64,000 nucleotides of DNA from Acidobacteriota bacterium (GTDB lineage Bacteria; Acidobacteriota; Terriglobia; Terriglobales; SCQP01): positions 3,005 through 67,004 of the forward strand of contig DAHUYO010000004.1 of assembly GCA_027315185.1 (NCBI GenBank), in the 5' to 3' direction. Shown here piece by piece: positions 18,764 through 28,904 of this stretch (position 1 is its first letter; every line of letters starts with the position of its first letter). The translations under genes were made by a program, and so were the position numbers. The notes under the pieces were generated by a model. That model did not search any database. It saw nothing but the letters and a program-made list of their open reading frames with translations, and was not told where the DNA came from.

Positions 18764-19228
18764 TTAAGCCGCGGGCGCGATGACCACGAACCGGCCTTGT
18801 GCCCGGACCAGAACCTCGCCCGCAGCGGAACGGATCTCCGCGCGCTGGAAAAGATTGCGGCCCTGGCGCTCCACCGCTTCGGCTTCGACCACGATCTCGG
18901 CGTCAACGGGCGTGGGGCGGAGATACTCGATCCGCAGTTCGGCGGTGACGGCGCGCGCCTGTTCAAAGCGCGCCAGCTTGCCCATGGCCTCATCCACCAG
19001 CACGGCGATGATGCCGCCGTGGGCCATGCCGCCGCTGCCTTGGTACGGCGGCCCGAGAACGAACCGGCCGCGAATGCGGCGCTGCGCATGGTCCTGCTGG
19101 AAGGTCAACTGCATGCCGCGCGGATTGGCGCCGCCGCAGCCGAAACAAGGGTTCTCGGGGCGCGGAGGCAAAGGCTGGAGGTCCGGACCGGCAGGCTGCG
19201 GGGTGGAGGAATCGGCCGACGAGGTCAT
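18764..19228 (-). CDS. PaaI/hotdog thioesterase
   Basis: CFGCG..NPxG, HGGIIAVLVDEAM. Confidence 0.9.
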   Translation of the reverse strand: MTSSADSSTPQPAGPDLQPLPPRPENPCFGCGGANPRGMQLTFQQDHAQRRIRGRFVLGPPYQGSGGMAHGGIIAVLVDEAMGKLARFEQARAVTAELRIEYLRPTPVDAEIVVEAEAVERQGRNLFQRAEIRSAAGEVLVRAQGRFVVIAPAA

Positions 19229-19454
19229 CGCCCCAGCATAGCGGCCCCTGCATACCGGCAGCGCCGGTTCCGGCGGGGCGGCCGCTGGCTGCGGCCCGCT
19301 CGCCTTCCAGACCCCGCCCCGCGCGCCTGCGGCGCGTCAACGCCTTTGGCGGCGGGAGAGCGCGGCCAAGGCCAAGTTCCGTCAATACGGCCGATTGAAG
19401 TTTTGAATGACCGTGGGGCTGGAAAGCGGCGGCGCCGAAGCGGAAAATAGGCAC

Positions 19455-19625
19455 ATGAATGAGGTATATGTTGTGTGCCGACCGGCGCCGGGTGGAACCC
19501 AGGCGGAGTTGGAAGTGGCGGCCACGTTTGGCAGCAAGGATCAGGCGGTCCGGGAATTGGATCGCTTGAACCTGATCGCCACCCCGCAAGCGCCTAGTTG
19601 GCGGCTGCTGGTTAAGCACAGCTAG
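19455..19625 (+). CDS. Small hypothetical protein (56 aa)
   Basis: ATG start with purine-rich leader and plausible codon usage. Confidence 0.5.
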   Translation: MNEVYVVCRPAPGGTQAELEVAATFGSKDQAVRELDRLNLIATPQAPSWRLLVKHS

Positions 19626-19874
19626 CCTCTACCCGCTGCCGGTCGTCACCGCCCGGAGAAAGCGGGACAAGCGTCCCCGCCCGTCGGGCAATTCGTTTTT
19701 CGCGGCAACATTAATTGGCGCAAGCCCCAGCGCGGCTGCGTCGGGCGTCCCGCTCGACACGCGGGCGAGATTGGGAAACCCATTCGGCCGCCCCCGCTGG
19801 ACAGAACCGGAATATTCGGTGGACGGAACGGCGGCCCCGGAGTTCGCCAATTCCTTGCCCGCCGCGCCCTGGCC

Positions 19875-22841
19875 TCAGCCCGTATTTCGCATACCAGCGG
19901 CGATGCCCTGGAGCGTGAGCAGCAGCGCCTGTTCGCTGCCGGCGTCCCAGGCGCTTGCTTGCCCACCGGCGCGGCCGCCGCTTCCCGCGCGGTCGTCTCC
20001 TGTGCCGCCGCCTGCGGCGGCTTGGCGCTGCCGGGCGAGCAAGCCGACTTGCAGCAGGCTGAGGGGATCCACATAGGGGTTGCGGAGGCGGATGGACCGG
20101 GCTAGGACCGGCGAGCGGTCGAGCAAGTCCTTTTCCCCGGTTATGGCCAAGACGCCGCGCACGGCGCGGGCAAATTCCTGCTCCCAATCGGCGGCCATTC
20201 GCTCGGCGGCGGCGGGATCCGGGGCCAGGGACTGGTAGGCGCCGGTGATCGGCAGATCCGTTTTTGCCAGCGCCATCTCCGCGTTATCCATCAGGTCGCG
20301 GAAAAAGCCCCATTGGCGATAGAGGAGCTGCAAACGGCGGCGGCCGCCGGGACGCGCGAGTTCCGCCGCCAGCGCCGTACCCAAGCCGTACCAAGCCGGC
20401 AGCAGCGCGCGGTTTTGGGTCCAGGCGAAAACCCAGGGAATGGCCCGCAGGCTATGGAAATCGGGCTGTCGGGCGCGAAAGCTGGGGCGGGAACCGAGAT
20501 TGAGCTGGCCCAGCTCGGCGACGGGCGTGGCGCGCCAAAAATAGGCCAATAACTCCGGCGTCAGCAACTGGCGGTAGGCGGCGAGCGAGTCCGCCGACAG
20601 CCGCGCCAGCACCGCCGGCCCGGTCGTGGACGGGCGCATGGGGCGGAGCGCGCCGGCCGGCGTTTGCGCGGGCTGCAACCCGAGGGTGGCCAAAAGCAGC
20701 CCGGAAAAGGCCAGTTCGAGATTCCGCCCGGCGATCTCGGGGTCGGCGTATTTGGCGGAGATGACCTCGCCCTGCTCGGTCACGCGCACGCGGCCCCGCA
20801 CCGTGCCGGGGGGCAGGGCCAAAAGCGCTTCATAGGCGCGGCCGCCGCCGCGGGCGACGGTGCCGCCGCGGCCGTGGAAGAACTCCAGCTCCACGCCCGC
20901 GGCCTGGGCGGCGCGGGTCATGCGCTGCTGCGCCTGATACAGCAGCCAATGCGCGGCGACGTAGCCGCCGTCCTTGTTGGAATCCGAATAGCCGATCATC
21001 ACCAACTGCCTGCCGCCGCGCTGCCGCAGGTAGGCGGCGTAGGCGGGGTCGGCGAACAGGCGGGCCAGAACCTCCGGCGCTCGGTCCAGGTCGGCGATGG
21101 TCTCAAACAACGGAACGGGATGCAGCTCGGCTTCCAGGCGCGGGGCGCCGGAAGCGTCGCGGCGCAGCCGGGCCATGCCGGCGGCGGCTTGCAGGGCCAG
21201 GGCTGCCCAAATGTCGCTGGCCTCGCGGGTCATGCTGATGACGTAATACTGCGCGGCATCCCGCACGTGGCGCCGCCCCGCCGCGGCGGCGGCGAGACGG
21301 CCGAGCAGAGCGGGACGCCCATCCTCCGCGGTGGGCGGATGGGGATCCTCGAGCAACTGGCGCAGGGCGCGCAAGCGGGCGGCCTCGTCCCAATCGGCAT
21401 ACGCGGGAAAAGCCCAAGCCGCCAGGGTGGCGTCTTGCGCGGCGGAGTTCTCGCGCAGGTCCAAGGTCGCCAGATGCAGGCCGAAGGTGCGCAGGGCCAC
21501 CAGCAGGTCCTCGACGCGCCGGGCGGCGCGCGGCGCGGCGCGGGCTAGGGCGGCGCGCAACGCCTGGAGATCGGCGGCGAACTCGTCGGCGCTGGCATAG
21601 GCGGGAGCGGCGGCATGCGGCTCGGCCGCCCAACTGGCGCCCGCACCTGGCACGGCGGCGCCGGGGCGCTCTGGGTTCCCGCCGCCGGTCGGCCCGGTGG
21701 AGGCGGTTGCGTTCCCGTCGCCGCCGCCCGCGGCGGTGGGCGCCGGCTCGACCGGCAGGCCGGCAATCAGGCGCAAGCGGGCGTAATTCAACAGTTCCCG
21801 GGCGGGCTCGGCGGCGAAGCGAGGCGGCGGCGGGCCGAAAGCTTCCCGGTAGGCGGCCAAGCGGGCTTCCAGGGCCGCGAAGCCCGGGCCCGGCAGCGCC
21901 CGGCGGGTATGGCCCAACTCGAAGAACAACGCCTCTACCTGGCGGCGGTAGAACTCGGCGGCGACATGGCGATGCAGGCCCAGCGCGCGGCGCACGACGT
22001 CGGGCGTGACGTAGGGGTTCCCGTCGGCATCGCCGCCGATCCAAGATCCGAACCGCACCGGAGCCGATGGGCCATCGAGCGGCCATACCCGGGCGGCCAG
22101 CCGGGGATAGTGCGGCGCCAAGGCCGCGATCAGGCGGCGGCGGAGCTGGGGAATAGCGGCGAAGAAGACGTCTTCGAAATAGACCAGCGTGCCGCGCGCC
22201 TCGTCCAAAACCGAGAGGCGCTCGGAGCGGACTTGATCGGTCAGCCAGAGGGCCTCGATCTGCTCCAGGATTTGCTCCTCCAGCTGGTGCTTTTCCGGCG
22301 GCGTCGGCTGGCCGCGCTCCAGGCGTTCTAGACGCCGGCTGATCTCCTCCAGGCGGTGCAGCACGGTGCGGCGCAGCGCTTGGGTGGGATGCGCGGTCAG
22401 AACCAATTCCAGCGATAGGGCGTCCAGCGCGCGGCCCAGGCGGGCGGAAGAAACGCCGGCGCGGCGCAGGGCGGCGATGGTGGCCGCCAAGGACCCGGGC
22501 TGGGCTTGACCGCGGGCCTCATGCTCGCGTTTGCGGCGCACGCGGTGGCGCTGTTCGGCCAGGTTGGTGAGGTGGAAATAGAGGGTGAACGCGCGGGCGA
22601 TCGCGGTGGTTTGGGCGGGAGTGAGGCGGGCCAGGCGGGCCAGCAGCGCGGCCCGGCGCCGGGCCTGCGCCGCTGGCGCGCCGCCGGCGCGCAGTTGCTT
22701 GCATTCGCGTCGGATCTGCTCCTCCAGGGCCAAAAACTCCCGGCCCTCGCGCTCGGCGATGATCTGGCCCAGCCAGCGGCCCAATTCATGGACCTCCCGC
22801 TGCAGCGGGCGGTCGGCGGCGGAAAACTGTACCTCCCCCAT
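19875..22841 (-). CDS. ppc: Phosphoenolpyruvate carboxylase
   Basis: VLTAHPT, MIGYSDSNKDGG, FHGRGGTVARGGG, RVTEQGE, LRAIPW, C-terminal MRNTG; start trimmed to ATG 22841. Confidence 0.95.
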   Translation of the reverse strand: MGEVQFSAADRPLQREVHELGRWLGQIIAEREGREFLALEEQIRRECKQLRAGGAPAAQARRRAALLARLARLTPAQTTAIARAFTLYFHLTNLAEQRHRVRRKREHEARGQAQPGSLAATIAALRRAGVSSARLGRALDALSLELVLTAHPTQALRRTVLHRLEEISRRLERLERGQPTPPEKHQLEEQILEQIEALWLTDQVRSERLSVLDEARGTLVYFEDVFFAAIPQLRRRLIAALAPHYPRLAARVWPLDGPSAPVRFGSWIGGDADGNPYVTPDVVRRALGLHRHVAAEFYRRQVEALFFELGHTRRALPGPGFAALEARLAAYREAFGPPPPRFAAEPARELLNYARLRLIAGLPVEPAPTAAGGGDGNATASTGPTGGGNPERPGAAVPGAGASWAAEPHAAAPAYASADEFAADLQALRAALARAAPRAARRVEDLLVALRTFGLHLATLDLRENSAAQDATLAAWAFPAYADWDEAARLRALRQLLEDPHPPTAEDGRPALLGRLAAAAAGRRHVRDAAQYYVISMTREASDIWAALALQAAAGMARLRRDASGAPRLEAELHPVPLFETIADLDRAPEVLARLFADPAYAAYLRQRGGRQLVMIGYSDSNKDGGYVAAHWLLYQAQQRMTRAAQAAGVELEFFHGRGGTVARGGGRAYEALLALPPGTVRGRVRVTEQGEVISAKYADPEIAGRNLELAFSGLLLATLGLQPAQTPAGALRPMRPSTTGPAVLARLSADSLAAYRQLLTPELLAYFWRATPVAELGQLNLGSRPSFRARQPDFHSLRAIPWVFAWTQNRALLPAWYGLGTALAAELARPGGRRRLQLLYRQWGFFRDLMDNAEMALAKTDLPITGAYQSLAPDPAAAERMAADWEQEFARAVRGVLAITGEKDLLDRSPVLARSIRLRNPYVDPLSLLQVGLLARQRQAAAGGGTGDDRAGSGGRAGGQASAWDAGSEQALLLTLQGIAAGMRNTG

Positions 22842-23117
22842 TCCGCTATGGTAGCGGCTCGGGACTTGTCGGCCCGGAAGTGTGCCCCATCGCACCCGAG
22901 GAACCGGCGGCGCGGAAGCCGGGTGGGCGGGCCCGCGCTCGGAACCCGCGCTCGCAAACGGCGCGGCCGCCGGCGCGGGTCCGGCGCCCGCGGCCGAACC
23001 GCCATGGGCACAGTGAGTTGGCGGATTAGATGGTTCTAAGGTAAAAACTCGCCCTTTTCTCGGGTCACTGACTCGGCCAAACACGGGTAAAATGGCCAGA
23101 CCCCCCGATAGACAACC

Positions 23118-26100
23118 ATGCGACTTCGTGATTGGCCCGTTCTGGCGGCCGCCTTGGCGGCGATGCTTTTTTTGTCGGCGTGTGGCGGAGGGGGCGGTGG
23201 GAACAACAATCCCCCTCCACCCGCGGTCACCGTAACGGTGAGCCCGGCGACGGCGACCGTGAATGCCGGCCTGACGGTGCAGTTCACCGCCGCGGTCGCC
23301 AACATCAGCAACACCGCCGTGACCTGGACGGTCAGCGGCGGCGGCACGATTTCCACCGGCGGGCTGTATACCGCGCCGGCCACCCCGCCCTCCGGCGCGG
23401 TCACCGTCACCGCGACCTCGCAGGCCGACACCAGCGCCAGCGGCTCGGTGACGGTAACGGTCAAACCCGCAATCACCGTGACGGTGAGCCCGGCGACGGC
23501 GAGCGTGAACGCCGGACTGACGCAGCAATTCACCGTGGCCGTTGCGAACACGACCAATGCCAATGTGACCTGGGCGGTGGTGGGTGGCAGCGCGAACGGG
23601 ACGATCTCGGCCTCGGGGCTTTACACGGCGCCCGCAACGCCGCCCTCCGGCGCGGTAACCGTGACCGCGACCTCGCAGGCGGACCCCAGCGCCAGCGGTT
23701 CGGCGACCGTGACGGTGCAACCGGCGATCACGGTAACGGTCAGTCCGGCGACGGTGGCGGTCAACGCCGGCCTGACGCAGCAGTTCACCGCAGCGGTGGC
23801 CGACACCACGAATACCGCCGTGACCTGGACGGTCAGCGGCGGCGGCACGATCACCAGCAGCGGTCTGTACACGGCGCCTTCAGCCCCGCCCTCCGGCGCG
23901 GTCACCGTAACCGCGACCTCGCAGACGGACACCAGCGTCTCCGGCGCGGCGACGGTGACGGTGAAACCGGCGGTCACGGTTAGCGTGAGCCCGGCCACGG
24001 CGACGGTCAACGCTGGTCTGACGCAGCAATTCACCGCGACTGTCGCCAACACGGCCAACTCCAACGTCACCTGGACGGTGGTGGGCGGCACGGCGAATGG
24101 AACCATTTCATCCTCGGGGCTTTACACCGCGCCTTCGACCCCGCCCTCCGGCGCGGTGACCGTGACCGCGACCTCGCAATTGGACACGAACGCCAGCGGC
24201 TCGGCGACGGTGACGGTGCAGCCGGCGGTCACGGTCAGCGTGAGCCCGGCGACAGCCACGGTGAACGCCGGTCTTACGCAGCAATTCACCGCGACCGTGG
24301 CCAACACGGCCAACGCCAATGTGAATTGGACGGTGGTGGGCGGCACGGCGAATGGGACCATCTCGTCTTCGGGCCTTTACACCGCGCCTTCGACCCCGCC
24401 CTCCGGCGCGGTCACGGTGACCGCGACGTCGCAGCTGGACACCAACGCCAGCGGCTCGGCGACGGTGACGGTGGCGCAAGCGATTACGGTGACGGTGACC
24501 GCGGCCGCGAGCACGGTGAACGCCGGGCTGACGGATCAGTTCAGCGCCACGGTGAACAACAATTCCGACCAGAACGTCACCTGGCAGGTGAACGGAACCA
24601 CGGGCGGGGACAGCACCAACGGAACCATCTCCGCCAGCGGCCTCTATACCGCTCCGGCGACGCCGCCCACGGGTGGAAACGTGAACATCACCGCGACCAG
24701 CGCCACGGGCAGCGTTGTTTCCAGCCCCTACGCATTGACCATTAGCCCCGCCGTGACGGTGACCATCTCGCCGGCCAACCCGAGCACGGTGGTGGCGGGG
24801 GCGACGCAACAGTTCACGGCGACGGTGAACAACAACAGCGACCAGACGGTGACTTGGGAAGTCAACGGCGTCACCGGCGGCAACAGCACCTACGGAACGA
24901 TCACCAGCACCGGGTTGTACACCGCGCCCAAGCTGCTGCCGCAGGGAGGCGGCGTGACCGTGACCGCGGTGGCGCAAGCCGACAGCAACGCCGTCGCTAA
25001 CGTCTCCGTAACCGACGGCTGGAGCAAGGCCAGCCTCGACGGAAACTACGTCTTCGTGGTCCAGGGCACGGACGGATCTGGGCAGCAAATCACCGGCATT
25101 GGCGAGTTCAGCGCCAATGGCAGCGGCGGTATCAGCGGCGAGGAAGATCTCTGCGGCAGCACCTGCGTTGCCGCAACGTCAGCGTCCGGCGCATTGACGG
25201 GTACCTATAGCGTGCTGGCGGACGGTCGGGCCGGATTGGATTTCTCCGCTTCCCCGGAAGGGGCGAACCTCGTATTCGCGCTCACCCTAGACGCGAACGG
25301 CAACGGGCGGCTGATCGAACAGGACTCGAATGCCTCGGTCACCGGCAGCGTGTGGGTGCAGAGCAGCACCGCCCAGCCGAGCGGCAACTACGTCTTCTCC
25401 CTGCCGCATGAAATCGGCTTGCTGAACGCTGCGAGCGCAGCATTGACGGGAACGGAAGACGTCAACAGCAACTCGGGCACGCTCACCACCGACGGCGCCA
25501 TTGCGGGGACGCTCGGCACGCCCGACGCCAACGGCCGGGCGGCGATGACCCTGGCGCTGGGCGCCGGAACGCCGGTGAACTACGTCTATTACGTGGTCAG
25601 CGCCGGCCAAATCGAGATCATGGAAAATGGCGGTGGCGGCGCCTTCGCCATCGGCCGGGCGGATGCGCAGACTTCGGGCAGCTATAACGCCGCCGCGTTC
25701 ACCGGCGGCTACGTCTTCCAGAACGCCGGAACCCAGAGCGCGTCCGCCGGCGGCGCCAGCATCAGCGCCAGCGGCCAGATCAACGCCAACGGTAGCGGCG
25801 GCATCACCAGCGGAACGTTGGATGAGCGGGTGGGCACGACCAACTCGTTGGCGCAATCGGTCAGCGGCACTTCGTCCTATACCGCCGGCTCCGGCACGGG
25901 CGAATACACGCTGACGCTGACTACAGCCAACGGCACGCAGACCTACGCGGCGTGGATGTATTCGGCGACCGGCGGCTATCTGCTGGAGATGGACGCCAAC
26001 GGCGATGCGCAAGGCACGATCGCGCAGCAGCAGAACGGGCCCTTCGCCGTCAACGCGCTGCTGGGCGAGTACACGCTGCAAATGAATGGCGGCGCGAACG

Positions 26101-26453
26101 GAACCACGGCCGCGATCGTGCAAGGCGAACTGACCGCGCTGAATGGCGATTTCGCCGGGCAGGTGGATTCCATGATCAACGGCGCGGTGAACAACAGCCT
26201 CTACCTCACGGGAAGCTACACCGTCAGCGCCAGCGGCGAGGCCGTGGGCACGCTCTATGCCTGCTCCGGCAGCACCGCGCCGACGGGGCCGAGCAGCTGT
26301 CCGACGGGCGACACGCTGGCGTTCAGCACGAAGCTTGACTTCTGGATCGCGACGGCGACGAACTCAACCACCGGCACGCAATCGGGCCGCGCCTATGTCG
26401 GCGAAGGCGACTCGACCGGGCACTGGCAAGGCACGCTGACGCAGCAGTATTAG
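23118..26453 (+). CDS. Surface lipoprotein with 7 Ig-like repeats and a beta-rich C-terminal region
   Basis: Lipobox LSAC, Gly/Pro linker, repeated VTVSP...QFTA...VTW...GTI...GLYTAP units. Confidence 0.85.
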   Translation: MRLRDWPVLAAALAAMLFLSACGGGGGGNNNPPPPAVTVTVSPATATVNAGLTVQFTAAVANISNTAVTWTVSGGGTISTGGLYTAPATPPSGAVTVTATSQADTSASGSVTVTVKPAITVTVSPATASVNAGLTQQFTVAVANTTNANVTWAVVGGSANGTISASGLYTAPATPPSGAVTVTATSQADPSASGSATVTVQPAITVTVSPATVAVNAGLTQQFTAAVADTTNTAVTWTVSGGGTITSSGLYTAPSAPPSGAVTVTATSQTDTSVSGAATVTVKPAVTVSVSPATATVNAGLTQQFTATVANTANSNVTWTVVGGTANGTISSSGLYTAPSTPPSGAVTVTATSQLDTNASGSATVTVQPAVTVSVSPATATVNAGLTQQFTATVANTANANVNWTVVGGTANGTISSSGLYTAPSTPPSGAVTVTATSQLDTNASGSATVTVAQAITVTVTAAASTVNAGLTDQFSATVNNNSDQNVTWQVNGTTGGDSTNGTISASGLYTAPATPPTGGNVNITATSATGSVVSSPYALTISPAVTVTISPANPSTVVAGATQQFTATVNNNSDQTVTWEVNGVTGGNSTYGTITSTGLYTAPKLLPQGGGVTVTAVAQADSNAVANVSVTDGWSKASLDGNYVFVVQGTDGSGQQITGIGEFSANGSGGISGEEDLCGSTCVAATSASGALTGTYSVLADGRAGLDFSASPEGANLVFALTLDANGNGRLIEQDSNASVTGSVWVQSSTAQPSGNYVFSLPHEIGLLNAASAALTGTEDVNSNSGTLTTDGAIAGTLGTPDANGRAAMTLALGAGTPVNYVYYVVSAGQIEIMENGGGGAFAIGRADAQTSGSYNAAAFTGGYVFQNAGTQSASAGGASISASGQINANGSGGITSGTLDERVGTTNSLAQSVSGTSSYTAGSGTGEYTLTLTTANGTQTYAAWMYSATGGYLLEMDANGDAQGTIAQQQNGPFAVNALLGEYTLQMNGGANGTTAAIVQGELTALNGDFAGQVDSMINGAVNNSLYLTGSYTVSASGEAVGTLYACSGSTAPTGPSSCPTGDTLAFSTKLDFWIATATNSTTGTQSGRAYVGEGDSTGHWQGTLTQQY
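23223..25014 (+). repeat. Intragenic tandem repeats (246-270 bp units)
   Basis: Units begin near 23223, 23469, 23724, 23970, 24225, 24480 and 24750. Confidence 0.85.
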
Positions 26454-26680
26454 GGGCAGCATTTCGTGTTGCGGGTCCGCGATAGGGCCCGCAACTCAGA
26501 CCCTTGCGCGCCCTTTGCCCTCTCATGCTTTTTAGTGATGTACGGTACTGTTTGTACGGAAAATAAACCGCTTAACTGCGTCATGCAGATGAAAAGTTTC
26601 TAGGAATGGGAGACTCTTCCTCGCGCTGATTTCTCACACTCGGCGCGGCCGGGTCCAGGGCGAGGGGCAGAGTTGAAGGC

Positions 26681-26796
26681 CTGCCGCCCGGGGGGCGACG
26701 CTCCGCAGGGCAGGAGCCCTACCCCACGAGGAACGGCACGCAGCGCAGAAGCCCAACCCCGCGCACGGCCGCACGTGGGGTACGCCTCTGACTTGC
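26681..26796. repeat. 60-bp REP-like repeat copy 2 with inverted partner
   Basis: Matches 521-580; CGTGGGGTACGCCTCTGACTTGC at 26774-26796 is an imperfect reverse complement of 26705-26728. Confidence 0.75.
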
Positions 26797-26843
26797 GTGC
26801 GGCCGCGCTCGGCGCGGCCGGCGCGGCGCGCGGAACAGGCGCC

Positions 26844-27725
26844 TCAGCCCTCCGCCGGCGCGGCGGCGCGGGCGAGGAGGCGCAGGGTGGCCGCGAGCGC
26901 TTCCGCCGAGGCGGTCGGCTCGGCCCAGGCGATGGTCCGTTCGGCGCCGGCAAGCCAAGTGGCGGTGAGCACCGTACCGCTGGGCGGAGCGGTGGCCAAA
27001 GCGGCCGCAAGCGCCGCGCCGAGCTGCGGCGCCCAGATCAGCGGCGCGGGGACTTTTTCTCGGACGGCGGCCAAAACCCGCGGGGCTTGCAGGACGCCGT
27101 GATCGTAGAAGAACGGGCTATAGAGCTCGACGGCCTGCACATCGCCGTGAGCGCGCAGCGTGTCTTCGACCGCGACGGCGCGGGCGTCGGCGGAATGCGA
27201 GAAGTGCACCACGACCGGGGTGAGGCGGAGATCGAGAGCCCGCCCGATGGCCTGCCGCGCGGAGGTGAGGGCGGCCGCGGCGGCGCCGGCCGCCTCTGGG
27301 GCGGCAGCCAGGAGGGCAAAGGCGGGAGCACCGTCCACGGAAAACGCCAGGCGCAGGGGCGCGAGGGAGATTCCCGCGGCGGGCTCCAGCAGGCCGGCAG
27401 CCGCCTGGGCGGCGGATTGCGGAGCGATGAGGAGCAGCGCGGCGGGATGACCGGCGGCGGCGCCGGAGACCGGCGCGCGCAGTAGGCGGACGACCGCACG
27501 CCAAACCGGATCGGCCGCCCGCAGGCGGATTTCCCCGGCGTCCCAACCCCGAGCCGCGCGGCGCTCCCGCAGCACGCGCTCATAATCGGCACGCACCGGG
27601 CTGGAGAGCGGCGCATCGGCGGCTGGCGCTAACCGGACATTGAGGCCGGCCGCGGCGGCTTGGCGCAGCGCCTCCGCCACAGCGGGAGAGGGCGACGGGG
27701 CGGCGATCTCGATCAGCGGGGACAC
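26844..27725 (-). CDS. Hypothetical protein, degenerate phosphotransacetylase (PTA/PTB)-like
   Basis: Colinear weak motif matches: YxxxxxExRxxxG...DP, PxVxxxSxS, HGVLQA, LIWAPQL, LAGAER. Confidence 0.45.
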   Translation of the reverse strand: MSPLIEIAAPSPSPAVAEALRQAAAAGLNVRLAPAADAPLSSPVRADYERVLRERRAARGWDAGEIRLRAADPVWRAVVRLLRAPVSGAAAGHPAALLLIAPQSAAQAAAGLLEPAAGISLAPLRLAFSVDGAPAFALLAAAPEAAGAAAAALTSARQAIGRALDLRLTPVVVHFSHSADARAVAVEDTLRAHGDVQAVELYSPFFYDHGVLQAPRVLAAVREKVPAPLIWAPQLGAALAAALATAPPSGTVLTATWLAGAERTIAWAEPTASAEALAATLRLLARAAAPAEG

Positions 27726-27833
27726 CTGGGCAGTGTAGCCGATCGGTCCGGCTTCGAGCCGCCGCCGGCGCAGCGAAAGTGGACGCAGCCCCCGGCGGTC
27801 ATTCCCGCCGCCTCCACCGGACTATCCACCGGG

Positions 27834-28904
27834 CTAGGCGCTGACCTGGATGCAAATGGGAGAATCGGCGGGGGCGGACGCAACCTCGCCGATTTGCGCG
27901 GCGGGAAACCCGGCGGAGCGCAGTTGGGCCACCAGCGCCGGGCCTTCCGCCGCGGACAGGGCGGCGAGCAGCCCTCCGGAGGTCTGCGGATCGAACATCA
28001 GCGTGCGGCGGGCCTCGGGCACTTCGGCAGCGAACGCCACGGACGGGGCGGCAAAGGCGCGGTTGTCCTGCAAGCCGCGCGGCTGGAAACTGCCGGCGTA
28101 GTCCTCCGCGCCGGGCAGCAGCGGCAGCGCCGCGGCGGAAAGATGGATCTGCAAGGGCTGACCGGCGGCGCATTGGCTGGCGCGGGCCAGTTCCAAGGCG
28201 TGGCCGAGCAGGCCGAATCCGGTGACGTCGGTGACCGCGTGGGGATGCAACGGTCCGAGGGCCTCGGCGGCGGCGCGGTTCAACTGGACCATGGAATCGG
28301 CGGCCGCGCGCGCATGCTCCGGCTGGGCTTTTTGCTGCTTCACCGCGGTGCCGATGACCCCAGTACCCAGGGCTTTGGTCAAAACCAGAACGTCACCGGG
28401 AAGCGCGCCGCCGTTGCGCCAGATCCGTTGGGGATGAATGAGGCCGGTGACGGCGAACCCGAACTTCAACTCCTGGTCGCGGACGCTATGCCCGCCCGCC
28501 AAGGCGCAGCCGGCTTCATCCAATTTGTTTTGGCCCCCGGCCAAAATCGCCGCCAACAGCTCGGGCGGAGCATCGGCGGGAAACCCGACCAGGCTGAGGG
28601 CGGTGATGGGACGCCCGCCCATTGCGTAGATGTCGCTGAGGGCGTTGGCCGCGGCGATCTGCCCGAAGGCAAATGGATCGTCCACGATGGGCGTAAAAAA
28701 GTCCGCCGTTTGCACCAGGGCCAATTCCGGCGTCAGTTGATACACCGCCGCGTCGTCGGCGTTTTCAAAGCCGACTAGCAAATTGGGATCCGCCGAACGG
28801 GCAAGGCCGCGCAGCGCCTGGTCCAACACCGTTGGACTCAGCTTGCTCGCTCAACCGGCCGCTTTGGCCATTTCGGTCAAGCGGCGAACCGGTGCCGAGG
28901 GCAT
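27834..28904 (-). CDS. selD: Selenide, water dikinase (selenoprotein, Sec at codon 18)
   Basis: MPSAPVRRLTEMAKAAG-TGA-ASKL in frame with DDAAVY, DFFTPIVDDP, TDVTGFGLLGH, DPQTSGGLL; GGAGG RBS before ATG 28904. Confidence 0.93.
28821..28837 (-). promoter_or_regulatory. Bacterial SECIS-like hairpin
   Basis: GTCCAAC-GGT-GTTGGAC perfect 7-bp stem with G-containing loop, 13 nt after the UGA. Confidence 0.7.

Noticed and set aside
21309-21330. REP-like GGACGCCCATCC inside ppc (AEDGRP peptide)
   Set aside because: A 12-bp match only, plausible by chance in GC-rich DNA
22842-23720. N-terminal extension of the 1281-aa ORF containing ppc
   Set aside because: Antisense shadow of the Ig-repeat gene; PEPC homology begins near ATG 22841
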